From: a virus
Strand: one strand, 5' to 3'
Virus record (IMG/VR): IMGVR_UViG_3300009509_000014
Span: 9,904-73,903 of that record
DNA length: 64,000 nt
Shown here: positions 25,660 to 34,897 of the stretch, in pieces
How positions within the stretch are numbered: position 1 is the first letter of the stretch
Layout of the letters: every line of letters begins with the position of its first letter
The notes under the pieces: model-generated
Databases searched by the model: none
Told to the model about the DNA's origin: nothing
Seen by the model: only the letters and a program-made list of their open reading frames with translations
Program-made: the position numbers and the translations under genes

Positions 25660-26997
25660 ATGGATTATAAATCTGAACTGAAAAAGGCACTTACCGCAAG
25701 TTCTGCTAGCGGTACTGCGCTTATACCAGAAGACCTCGAACCTATGATCCGTGCCAACCTTCTAGAGCTTTCGCCATTGACGCGCATGGTTCCAGTTGTA
25801 CGCGCAGACGGGAATATCCACAGGGTAGTTCGCCGTACAGCAAATAACACTGGCGCATGGTTTGAAGGTGAAATGACTGATGCTGGATATAACCAAAGCA
25901 CTTATGCACGTAGATCAGTCGAAGTAAAGATTCTGCGCACACATGGGCAGGCATCTGACTTCGCAGTATCTGCTGCACGGTCATTTACGGATGTAATGGC
26001 TGACGAAATTGAGTCAGCCACCGAAGGTCTGGCGGACCTATTCGAGTTCTCAACAATTTGGGGTCATAGTGATGATCTCAGCTTTACCGGAGACGCATAT
26101 CAGTACACTGGTCTTTACGGCTGGCTATTGAATGATTCTCCGACCAATAACGTCGTTGACGCAGATGGCACGATTACGCTGTCCGACCTTGACGACCTGC
26201 TTGATGTAACCATGCACAAGTACAGAAATGTACGTGATATGCAGTGGTTGTTCCTGATGTCTCCTCAAATGAATAGTAAGGTCACTGGACTGCAAACATT
26301 GATTCGCAGAGCAGTGCCGACTATCGGATTTGAGGGTGGTTTTGAGATGGAAACCTATCGTGGTGTTCCTATCCTCAAGAGTGGGTTTGTTCGCCCGTTG
26401 GGTACGACAACTTCGCCTGCTGTGACGGCAGCGGTTGCTGGTACTGGTGGTGGATTCGCCCTTGCTGACGGTCTGTATAGATACAAGATCGCCAGTATCA
26501 CACTTTACGGTGAGCAGGTGGCGGGAACCGCAGATAGCGACACCGTAACAACTGCAACGCACGATACTGTTGATTTGACATGGACTGCAGATGCAACTGC
26601 AAAGCTGTATGCGGTTTATAGAACGCTTGCTGGCGAAGCGGATTCAGACGCAAACTATGACTTGATTGACGTTATCGCTGCAAAAACATATAACTCGGAC
26701 GGTTCGGTAAATACAAATGTTGCCGCATATAGCGACACTGGGCTTACCGGATTGTCAAATATTCACCCGATGGCATCTGGCGACGAGACAATCTTCCTGG
26801 TTGGGCTTGGTCAACGTCAAGGGCTTTCACGCCCCGTGTTGATGCCAGAAGTCGGAGAGCCAATGGACTCGCTGGTGAATTATGTAACTCTGTCAGAGAC
26901 GACAGATAGCCTGCAATTCAGGCTCAAGTCATATCATACTGTGCAGGTTCCGTGGGGTGAGCTTCACGGGGCAATTCGCCGTGTGACTGTAGCATAA
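25660..26997 (+). CDS. Major capsid protein (HK97 fold) with inserted FN3/Ig-like domain
   Basis: Follows the protease; ALIPE.L...I, YTGL, TYRGVPI; followed by a strong terminator. Confidence 0.88.
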   Translation: MDYKSELKKALTASSASGTALIPEDLEPMIRANLLELSPLTRMVPVVRADGNIHRVVRRTANNTGAWFEGEMTDAGYNQSTYARRSVEVKILRTHGQASDFAVSAARSFTDVMADEIESATEGLADLFEFSTIWGHSDDLSFTGDAYQYTGLYGWLLNDSPTNNVVDADGTITLSDLDDLLDVTMHKYRNVRDMQWLFLMSPQMNSKVTGLQTLIRRAVPTIGFEGGFEMETYRGVPILKSGFVRPLGTTTSPAVTAAVAGTGGGFALADGLYRYKIASITLYGEQVAGTADSDTVTTATHDTVDLTWTADATAKLYAVYRTLAGEADSDANYDLIDVIAAKTYNSDGSVNTNVAAYSDTGLTGLSNIHPMASGDETIFLVGLGQRQGLSRPVLMPEVGEPMDSLVNYVTLSETTDSLQFRLKSYHTVQVPWGELHGAIRRVTVA

Positions 26998-27030
26998 TAG
27001 TTGTTTGTTGTGCCTCCTATCCTAGAAAGC

Positions 27031-27061
27031 GCCCACCCACCTGCAGGTGGGTGGGCCTTTT
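27031..27061 (+). terminator. Intrinsic terminator after the capsid gene
   Basis: GCCCACCCACC-TGCA-GGTGGGTGGGC followed by CTTTT. Confidence 0.8.
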
Positions 27062-27097
27062 GGGTTATGGCGGCTACTAGAAGGGGATAGGAACAAT

Positions 27098-29293
27098 ATG
27101 AGTAAACTTGTTGTGAATTTCCAATCAATCCCTGGATTTGGTGAATCGCTTGTCGGAAACTCTGGCATGGAATATGCCTTTGTTATTGACCCGCCAGAAA
27201 CGCCAGTATTCCCAGGTGCAAAAGTAATTGGAAGGACATATATGCCAGACAATGAGGCGAATGCCCTTGTGGCTCAAGGAGCAACTGGCGCGGAACAATG
27301 GTTTAATAGATGGCTGCCTGTATATGAATCAAGATCGTATGTATACGCATGGGAGTCGCCAAATGAACCTCATCCAATGTGGGAGTCATCATTCAGGGTT
27401 GCCTTAAAGGAATTCCTTATAAGGTGGAGTGAGCTAATGCACTCGCGGGGATGGAAAACTGTTGGTGGATGCTTCAGTGTTGGGTGGCCCAATGTTGGGG
27501 ATGCGAAAGACATTGGCTCTGGACTAGCAGCGTGTGATTTCTGGTCGGTTCATGAATATAGTGCGCCTGCCATGTGGGATAGTCAAACGTGGCTGTGCCT
27601 AAGATATCGCAGAACTGTTGCTGAGTTGATTGCTGCTGGATTCCCAGTTAGGCCATTGATTATAACAGAGTGCGGAATAGATGGCGGTGTAATTAGCCAA
27701 GAGTTTGCAAGAACTGGGTATAAAACATTTACCGTTGGCAATCAAGATGAAAAAGAGACACAGTATATGGAACAGTTGGCATGGTATGACGGCGAACTGA
27801 TGAAAGACGATTATGTAATGGCGGCGGCAATCTTTGTCGCAGGTCCAAATATGGACTGGATGGATTTTGAAGTTACAGAGACGTTGGGAGACAAGTTGAC
27901 AGCTTATAGGCTTAGCCATGAAAACCCTGAGCCAGAGCCAGGGCCAGAAGTCAATAAGGCAAATGGCGTAGATGTAAGCCGATGGCAGGGAGACATCAAT
28001 TGGGACAAGGTGAAGGCTGCAGGTTATTCTTTTGCCATTATCAGGGCTTCTGGTCCCAATGATGACAAGACTGCAGTTGTTACTGATCCGTACTTTGTTG
28101 CAAATTATGAACATGCAAGGTCCGCTGGACTTCTTATTGGCGCATATCATGGGCTGCAGGATGGATTCGCTGGACAGGCGTTGCTGTTTGTGAACTCTGT
28201 CGGAGATAGACCTCTTGATCTTGGATACTTTGCAGACCTTGAGGTTAGCACGTTGACAGATGAGAAATGTTTACAGCACGTTAACGCCGTTGACGCTAGA
28301 TTGATAGAACGATTTGGGTGGGCAGAAGGTAAGTATTGTAATATATACACAAGTCCAGGATTTATGTCTGGAAGGGATACAGCGTTTGCCGAAGGCAGAG
28401 GATTATGGCTTGCCCATTGGACGGAAGATGAAAGTGATATAATCATCCCTGAGCCTTGGGACAATTGGGAATTTTGGCAATACAAGGTTGGGGATGCTGG
28501 AACTGTTGACGGTATTAGTACAAGAATTGACTTGGACTATTTTAACGGAACTGAGGAAGAACTTTATGATAAATATAGGCCAGATGATAATAATGGAGGC
28601 ACAGATATGGAGTTGAAGATATGGGGGTTGGCCGAAGACGGCGTAACCTATGTTGAAAAGGATTGGGATTGGGTCGCTACCCGTTATGGAGTGAAGATGG
28701 TTAGTGCCGATCCTCCAAAAGGGGAAACGGTCTTTCGTTTAACAGAGATTCGTCAAAAGGTTGGCCCTGCTGGATTTACAATTAAGGTTGTAGATGAAGC
28801 TGGACAGCCGATGAAGGGTGTTGCCGTTATCCAGGGATGGAAGGATGGTAATCTATTGGCTCCGCAAGATGCACCTAGAATAAGTGCAACTGTATGGGGG
28901 CAGCCGTTTGGACTGCCAAATAATGGTGGCGGCGGAATGACTGACGTTAATGGAGTTTACGGTTGGGGTTGGGGGTCTGGCGAACAATACGACCCTACCG
29001 GAGAATGGGGTGAGGACAAGAAGGTTGGCCCTCACTGGTATTGGGTTCTCCCAGGCGGGAATGAGGTTTACAGTGATGTATTCGCGTTTATCGGATGGTT
29101 ACTTGGAACAGATCACGATACCGTGACACTGACTTATACATGTACGATTGCCGACGATGGTGGAGATCCTGTTGATCCAGAGGAGCCAACAGATGGCGAT
29201 CTTGGGGAAGTAGTCGCAGAGCTAAAGCGAATTGCCGCCGCCCTTGAAGGCATAGCTGGCAAATTCCCAAAATGGGATGTGTCTTATGATTAA
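27098..29293 (+). CDS. Multidomain lysin: clan GH-A-like glycosidase + GH25 muramidase + uncharacterised C-terminal domain
   Basis: NEP, SVHEY, IITECG; PEPEPGPE linker; GVDVSRWQGDINW, FAIIRA, DLE, WQY, IDLDYF. Start corrected to MSKLVV. Confidence 0.85.
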   Translation: MSKLVVNFQSIPGFGESLVGNSGMEYAFVIDPPETPVFPGAKVIGRTYMPDNEANALVAQGATGAEQWFNRWLPVYESRSYVYAWESPNEPHPMWESSFRVALKEFLIRWSELMHSRGWKTVGGCFSVGWPNVGDAKDIGSGLAACDFWSVHEYSAPAMWDSQTWLCLRYRRTVAELIAAGFPVRPLIITECGIDGGVISQEFARTGYKTFTVGNQDEKETQYMEQLAWYDGELMKDDYVMAAAIFVAGPNMDWMDFEVTETLGDKLTAYRLSHENPEPEPGPEVNKANGVDVSRWQGDINWDKVKAAGYSFAIIRASGPNDDKTAVVTDPYFVANYEHARSAGLLIGAYHGLQDGFAGQALLFVNSVGDRPLDLGYFADLEVSTLTDEKCLQHVNAVDARLIERFGWAEGKYCNIYTSPGFMSGRDTAFAEGRGLWLAHWTEDESDIIIPEPWDNWEFWQYKVGDAGTVDGISTRIDLDYFNGTEEELYDKYRPDDNNGGTDMELKIWGLAEDGVTYVEKDWDWVATRYGVKMVSADPPKGETVFRLTEIRQKVGPAGFTIKVVDEAGQPMKGVAVIQGWKDGNLLAPQDAPRISATVWGQPFGLPNNGGGGMTDVNGVYGWGWGSGEQYDPTGEWGEDKKVGPHWYWVLPGGNEVYSDVFAFIGWLLGTDHDTVTLTYTCTIADDGGDPVDPEEPTDGDLGEVVAELKRIAAALEGIAGKFPKWDVSYD

Positions 29294-29474
29294 GAAATTA
29301 GTAATTGTTGTTCTGGTGTTTTTGATTTTGTTTGTCGCTGTTACCCCCGTCCTTGCTGGCGGAGACAAGGTACATGGTGACAAGGCCAAGGGACCTGCGT
29401 CACAGAATGGCGATTGCCCATTTGGGCATGAAGATGCTAATATGTTCCATGCAGGTGATGGGCCACATAATTAA
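29286..29474 (+). CDS. Small secreted protein
   Basis: Signal peptide MIKKLVIVVLVFLILFVAVTPVLA. Confidence 0.6.
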   Translation: MIKKLVIVVLVFLILFVAVTPVLAGGDKVHGDKAKGPASQNGDCPFGHEDANMFHAGDGPHN

Positions 29475-29484
29475 TAATATGGGT

Positions 29485-29513
29485 TTGACCGAATTGCCCA
29501 TATGTGGTAATAT
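29485..29513 (+). promoter_or_regulatory. Sigma70-type promoter with extended -10
   Basis: TTGACC-17-TAATAT with TGTGG before the -10. Confidence 0.6.
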
Positions 29514-29568
29514 ATAAAAAGAATCACTATCTCTAGGTCAGGGATTTGTGAATAACGGAGGAATCTAA

Positions 29569-30054
29569 ATGGCTGCAACTGTAACGATTAGAGTAAATAC
29601 AGGAGCTAGCGCAGGCACGCAGTCGGGTGCGGTTAGTGGTATTGACCTTATTAGTGCTGATAATGCAACTAATTCGACAACCAATAGACAAACATATCCG
29701 ATTACTGCAGGCGGGAAATCATACGAAAAGTGGATTACGGCAAGGGTTGATGTCGCTCCAGATAACTATGTGAACAACTTTGAGTTGTGGGGAGATGGTG
29801 CGGTTCAGTCGTCAACGGCATTGTATGTCGGAAAGACTGCTTCCGGTGTAACGCCTACTAATTCAGACAGCACGGTTGCCACGAACGCTTGGACTGGTTA
29901 TCTAACTGGATCGAGATTCGCATGGCACGCAACGAATATGACTGGAATTGGTAGCGTGACTGACTTTGCGGTATTCCAGCTTGACGTGAACGCAGATGCT
30001 GCTGCTGGTAACTGGACTCAGGAAACTATTAACTATAGTTTCGATGAGGCTTAA
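29569..30054 (+). CDS. Probable abundant virion structural protein (beta-rich)
   Basis: Own promoter, GGAGG SD, 3' stem-loop; Ala/Thr/Gly-rich. Confidence 0.6.
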   Translation: MAATVTIRVNTGASAGTQSGAVSGIDLISADNATNSTTNRQTYPITAGGKSYEKWITARVDVAPDNYVNNFELWGDGAVQSSTALYVGKTASGVTPTNSDSTVATNAWTGYLTGSRFAWHATNMTGIGSVTDFAVFQLDVNADAAAGNWTQETINYSFDEA

Positions 30055-30063
30055 GTGTAGTGT

Positions 30064-30093
30064 GCGGGGGAGAGGATATACCCTCTCCTCTGC
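30064..30093 (+). terminator. Stem-loop after the structural gene (no U-tract)
   Basis: GCGGGGGAGAGG-ATATAC-CCTCTCCTCTGC. Confidence 0.55.
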
Positions 30094-30128
30094 CAATGTT
30101 ATAAAAATATAGGATAGGATATGGAGGC

Positions 30129-31589
30129 ATGATGGGCAAGGCTGTTTTTGTTGTAGGTACTGGAAGGTCTGGCACGTCTATGCTTGCTGGTATGCTCCAC
30201 AAGCTAGGTGTGTATATGGGCGACGAATTTGCAAAGGCAGAGCAAACGTGGCTTCATAAGGACTTTTTTGGGACGTATGAAGAAAGAGAGATTTTCGACT
30301 TCCATAGATCGATGAAGCCTTGGGACGATCTTGGCGAATGGATCGATGGATATATTGCAAAAAGAAGTGAGGGTCACGATCTGTGGGGTGTGAAAGACCC
30401 TGTGCTGGTAAGGTCATTCCCGTACTTTACAGAGCGAGTTGACGGAGATGTTAAAGTCATTGTCGCAAGGCGGAATAAAATCCCAACAATTAGCTCATAT
30501 GTATATGCGTATCATTCCAAGCTTGGCGACGCACAAGATTGGTACAAAAGGGAAACTGGCTATCTTAAAGAATCGCTAGAGAAGTATGATGGCACAATTC
30601 TGTATGTTGATTACGACGATCTTTTTGAGAATCCAAGAAGAGAGTTGTCTAGGGTTATAGAGTATGTGTTTGACGGAGAGAGCGTAGATCAGGGACTTGT
30701 AGAATATGCAATCTCTCACGTAAATGTAAAGGGTCGAAGATTTGACCGTGACGGAAAATGGCTTGGGGGTATTAGCAAGCCAGTTGACGGATGGGGAAAT
30801 GTTGCCATAGGCGTTAGGGTCGCAAAGTATCCTGAGTATCATTTCTTTAACAGTTGGACAAAGCTATTAACCGGAGGCGTTCGTGGTGGAGATACTGTTT
30901 TAATGCCTGCTGGCTGGATGCCTGCCCATTGGGCTTCAAACGCCTTGGCTAGAGACTTTCTTAGAACAAACAAAGATAGTCTCCTGATGATTGACGACGA
31001 CATGGTATTTGAACAAGATGACCTGGAAAGGTTGAGGACAAATATCAAGAATTACGACTACGATGTTATATCTGGCTTTTGCACTCATAGAAGATGGCCA
31101 CCAAAGCCTATCGTTATGAGGGAAATGGAAGTGCAACCAGAGGAGCCATATTCCCTGTATGGCAGATCATACGAATATGTACACGATGAGATCAAGGATG
31201 GAGACATTGTTGATGTTGACGCAACAGGTCTTGCGTTTACGCTTATCAAGCGTTATGTTTTAGAGTCTATGACCGAAGAGTATGGGCCTATGTTTACATC
31301 ATATTTCTCATACGGCAAAGGTGTAGAATCTGATGATATACCATTTGCTCAGAAGGTAAAAGAGCTAGGTTTTAAGATTGGGATAGATACGTCTGTGAAG
31401 ATTGGGCATATCGGGCAGGCTGTGTTTGGATGGGGTGATTATAAGCAGTGGATGCGCGAACATAACTCACCCAATGTTGTAGAATTTAACGCTGGAGATC
31501 TTGTTCCGATCCTTGAGGAGGCGATCCCTCTTCTTGGCAAGAATAAAAATGCAGCCCAAAATGTATTAAAGTGGATAGGCGGCGAATAG
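30129..31589 (+). CDS. Sulfotransferase-like P-loop domain fused to a GT-A glycosyltransferase domain
   Basis: VVGTGRSGTSM, WGVKDP, YDDLFENP; then LMIDDDM, DATGLAFTLIKR, SDDIPF, DTSVKIGHIG. Confidence 0.85.
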   Translation: MMGKAVFVVGTGRSGTSMLAGMLHKLGVYMGDEFAKAEQTWLHKDFFGTYEEREIFDFHRSMKPWDDLGEWIDGYIAKRSEGHDLWGVKDPVLVRSFPYFTERVDGDVKVIVARRNKIPTISSYVYAYHSKLGDAQDWYKRETGYLKESLEKYDGTILYVDYDDLFENPRRELSRVIEYVFDGESVDQGLVEYAISHVNVKGRRFDRDGKWLGGISKPVDGWGNVAIGVRVAKYPEYHFFNSWTKLLTGGVRGGDTVLMPAGWMPAHWASNALARDFLRTNKDSLLMIDDDMVFEQDDLERLRTNIKNYDYDVISGFCTHRRWPPKPIVMREMEVQPEEPYSLYGRSYEYVHDEIKDGDIVDVDATGLAFTLIKRYVLESMTEEYGPMFTSYFSYGKGVESDDIPFAQKVKELGFKIGIDTSVKIGHIGQAVFGWGDYKQWMREHNSPNVVEFNAGDLVPILEEAIPLLGKNKNAAQNVLKWIGGE

Positions 31590-32014
31590 TGACAACACCG
31601 GAGTTTTTGTACAAAATTATACTAATAGAAGATGGAGTTACCAGTGCTGTTATAGATTGGGGAAACGAACCTGGGTGGATTGACAAATATAAGGCCGAGC
31701 TTGAACGCGCAACTAGAATTTGGCTTGTGCCAAAGGCTAACGGGTCGCCACTAAGAAGTGTTTCGGTCAAGCTTGACAATGACAAAAGGTGGATTCTTTT
31801 TAGTCGTGTGTATGGGAAAAGCGATCTTGGCTTTGGGCATCTGGTAAGAATATATGCCCTTGGTTGGCAAGACACGCGAGATAAAATTAACAGAAAGAGC
31901 ATGATGTGGATTTATCCAAGTGGTGAGGTTGAGATAGCAGAAGAACCTTCATTTGGCCCGTTACTTTTGAATATTGCAGACGGGATAATAAAGTCTCACA
32001 GCAGGAGTGGTTAA
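31589..32014 (+). CDS. Hypothetical protein
   Basis: GTG start overlapping the upstream stop. Confidence 0.65.
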   Translation: MTTPEFLYKIILIEDGVTSAVIDWGNEPGWIDKYKAELERATRIWLVPKANGSPLRSVSVKLDNDKRWILFSRVYGKSDLGFGHLVRIYALGWQDTRDKINRKSMMWIYPSGEVEIAEEPSFGPLLLNIADGIIKSHSRSG

Positions 32015-32307
32015 TGTATGACGATAGATGCTTCGGTCCTGGTGAGCGATTTGCTTTCACACTCTTTATGGGGGTTTTTGGGGTTGCCATTAGCCTTCTG
32101 GTTGACGTGGATCATATCGTCGCAATTATTGAACATTGTGGCTGGCCGCTTACAATTTTCAAGCTCTTGGCCTGCACGTCGGGTAGGCCGTATCATTGGC
32201 CTTCTGTCATTATCAGTGGCGGTGTTCTTGGTATTGCTATTACACTCTTTGCAGGATTTTTATTGGGGGCCGTTGTTTCACGTTACCGTAGTAATAAAGT
32301 AAGTTAA
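32014..32307 (+). CDS. Small membrane protein with DxDH motif (YdjM-like metal hydrolase?)
   Basis: Two hydrophobic segments; LVDVDH...R..H. Confidence 0.5.
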   Translation: MYDDRCFGPGERFAFTLFMGVFGVAISLLVDVDHIVAIIEHCGWPLTIFKLLACTSGRPYHWPSVIISGGVLGIAITLFAGFLLGAVVSRYRSNKVS

Positions 32308-32383
32308 TAAAAATATAACCGCCGCAATTCAATGCTGGCTCTCCGTATCCCTCAATACAATGAATAGGGATATCGTTGCATAC

Positions 32384-32416
32384 ACAGCCAGGGTTGACTC
32401 CTGGCTGTTTTATTTT
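32384..32416 (+). terminator. Intrinsic terminator
   Basis: ACAGCCAGG...CCTGGCTGT followed by TTTATTTT. Confidence 0.75.
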
Positions 32417-32426
32417 ATGGAGAATT

Positions 32427-32759
32427 ATGGCACAGACACTTACGCTTCAATTTGCATCGTTTGGTGATGGACAGGTTGTTATTGAATATGACATACGCGA
32501 TAACAATTGGACCGTCACGCAGTTGCGCTGCATAAACAATAGTCAATACCCCGCCATTGGCAGTATATACGAGGCGGGAGAACTTGTGTTCACCGCTGTA
32601 GCACCTCCAAATCAGACTACAAGCTGGAACATGGTTGGTATTCAACTTAGCTGGCAACCTGACTATTGGAATGATATTACTGAAACATGGGAGCCTAGTG
32701 GGATTGAGATGGGCGACTATGTATTCGTGGCTACATGGCCCTGGACATCGGAGACATAG
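32427..32759 (+). CDS. Hypothetical beta-rich protein
   Basis: Start MAQTL with GGAG SD. Confidence 0.7.
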   Translation: MAQTLTLQFASFGDGQVVIEYDIRDNNWTVTQLRCINNSQYPAIGSIYEAGELVFTAVAPPNQTTSWNMVGIQLSWQPDYWNDITETWEPSGIEMGDYVFVATWPWTSET

Positions 32760-32762
32760 CGC

Positions 32763-34577
32763 ATGGCGATAACAATAACTCCCTGGGGAACGGCAAACGA
32801 TTATAAGTCAAGCTCATATCTCACTTCTGGAAGTACAATCTTGTGGAGTAGCTTTGAGGTTGGCGATGTCATTGTTGTTGCGCTGGCCGACGATCAGTTA
32901 ACTGCGTCAAGCGCTGTACAATGTTCGCGAGACAACACAAATTGGGATAGTGCTGGCAATCCAAGTGTAATTTCGACCGCAAGCAACACTGGTAATGTTA
33001 TTTGTTCTATTGGTTATGTAGTAATAAACCAAACAGCTTATGACAATATAGAAGCGGGGTCTTCTGGAACAAATCTATACATTAGACAGTTAAACAACAG
33101 TGCAACGGCAAGCGCAGTTGCGTTTTATCACATCAAGGGACTAGAGTCCTCCCCACATGACAAGTCTGGAAATACCACAGGTTCAGGAACTACGCACTCT
33201 GCTGGATATACAGGAACTTTGTCGCGGTATACCCAAATCGTTATTGCCGCTATTGGTTCAGAACATAAAATAACAGAGCTTGCTGGAAGCTGGACTTCTG
33301 GAGGTCCATATGTTTCTGGGAACGAGCTAAGTGACGGAACCAATGCCAATGGTTCTACGGCAAACCAAACGATAAGAACTGCTGCCAAGACTGTAACCTG
33401 GCTCACCGGAATGTATGGTGAGATAACCAGTGAGGGTTCCTCTGATTACGCTGGTTGTATTGCGTCATTTAAGGCTGAACTTGCAACAACGGAGTCATCG
33501 GTAACGGCAGATGCATATATATCCACTGGCGGAACAACAGAGGATTCGGTTACAGCCGATGCTATTATTGAGAAATCTATAAGTCAGTCTGTTAATGCAA
33601 AGGCGGTAGTGGAAAAGTCTATTCCGCAATCTGTGATCGCAGACGCCTTAATAGTCAAGACTACAAGTGATTCCATTACTGCCAGTGCGGTCATATTTAA
33701 GACGACTGAGCAGTCAATTACTGCTGATTCTGTTGTACAAAAAAGCATATCACAGTCCATATCTGCCGATGCGTCAATTGTGTCTACCGTAGAAGATTCT
33801 TTTGTCATCGACGCGACAATATTTAAGTCTACGCAACAGGCTGTTAGCGCAGACGCTATTGTAAAAAAGGCTTTGTCGGGTTCTTTTAGCGCAGACGCCT
33901 CTATCTCAAATTATATAGAACAAGACTTTACCGCCGATGCAACAATAAAGAGGTCCACGGAGTCATCATTTACCGCAGGAGCGACTGTTACAAGGTCTAT
34001 AGAGTCTTCTATAAGTGTTGATGCCATTGTTGCAAAGGCTTTTGAGGATTCCATACTTGCCGACGCGACAATTTTCAAGGCTTCGTCTGGCTCTGTAGCC
34101 GCAGATGCAATAGTATTGGCAAGTAACAGTGGCTCTATAACTGCCAACGCAACGATTGTAATTACAAACCCTGGAAGTATTACTGCTGATGCCGTTGTGG
34201 AAAAGTACACAACTGGTTCTGTCGCTGTAGACGCTACAATTGTTGAGGTAGGGAATCCAGTGTGGGTGTCTCCAGCCGACACTGTTCCAATTAGCTCTAC
34301 GCCTATATTGGTATTCCAGATGCCAGAGTCTACAGGTAATATGCATTTTCACATGCAACTTGACACGGCGAATACATTTGATACTGGTGACTTGCGTGAG
34401 TATAAAACCAGCGAGAGTCAAACGAATTGGGAGTACTGGAATGGAAGTGATTGGGTTGCTGTTCCGTCTGGAGGAGTATCTAATGTGTACTCTGGAAATA
34501 ACTGTCGCTATACTGTAACAACTCCTTTATCGGCTACTACATGGTATAGGCGTGTTAGGGGAGGGTTGGTGCCATGA
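32763..34577 (+). CDS. 14-aa-repeat fibre-like virion protein 1
   Basis: Unique N-terminal domain, about 18 S(I/V)TADA repeats, conserved C-terminal domain (PVWVSP...MHF...WEY...CRYTV...WYR). Confidence 0.75.
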   Translation: MAITITPWGTANDYKSSSYLTSGSTILWSSFEVGDVIVVALADDQLTASSAVQCSRDNTNWDSAGNPSVISTASNTGNVICSIGYVVINQTAYDNIEAGSSGTNLYIRQLNNSATASAVAFYHIKGLESSPHDKSGNTTGSGTTHSAGYTGTLSRYTQIVIAAIGSEHKITELAGSWTSGGPYVSGNELSDGTNANGSTANQTIRTAAKTVTWLTGMYGEITSEGSSDYAGCIASFKAELATTESSVTADAYISTGGTTEDSVTADAIIEKSISQSVNAKAVVEKSIPQSVIADALIVKTTSDSITASAVIFKTTEQSITADSVVQKSISQSISADASIVSTVEDSFVIDATIFKSTQQAVSADAIVKKALSGSFSADASISNYIEQDFTADATIKRSTESSFTAGATVTRSIESSISVDAIVAKAFEDSILADATIFKASSGSVAADAIVLASNSGSITANATIVITNPGSITADAVVEKYTTGSVAVDATIVEVGNPVWVSPADTVPISSTPILVFQMPESTGNMHFHMQLDTANTFDTGDLREYKTSESQTNWEYWNGSDWVAVPSGGVSNVYSGNNCRYTVTTPLSATTWYRRVRGGLVP

Positions 34578-34897
34578 CAGAATTAACCATTCATGGTATT
34601 ACATTTATACGCAGTGGTTCTTGTAATCGGTGTGGTGCTTGCGGTTGTGAGAAGATGGACTGTCCACATTTTTCATATGCTGGCAGATACGCCACATGTG
34701 ATGTTTATGACACGCGGAACGATATGTGTGAACAGTGCGGAATTAGTCACGACAATTGTGTTGGCTTTCCAGACAATCCCTGGGTACGTGTTGTACGTGA
34801 AGGCATTTGTGGGTATACATTTAACAGAAAAGACGGTGGTAGTATGGATGACCTACCATTCCTGAATGGCGAATCATGGTTTAGGGGCAGAGGATAA
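34574..34897 (+). CDS. Cys-cluster protein (YkgJ-like Fe-S/Zn binder)
   Basis: CNRCGACGC..CPH..CDVYDTR..C..C..C..FP..C. Confidence 0.7.
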   Translation: MTELTIHGITFIRSGSCNRCGACGCEKMDCPHFSYAGRYATCDVYDTRNDMCEQCGISHDNCVGFPDNPWVRVVREGICGYTFNRKDGGSMDDLPFLNGESWFRGRG

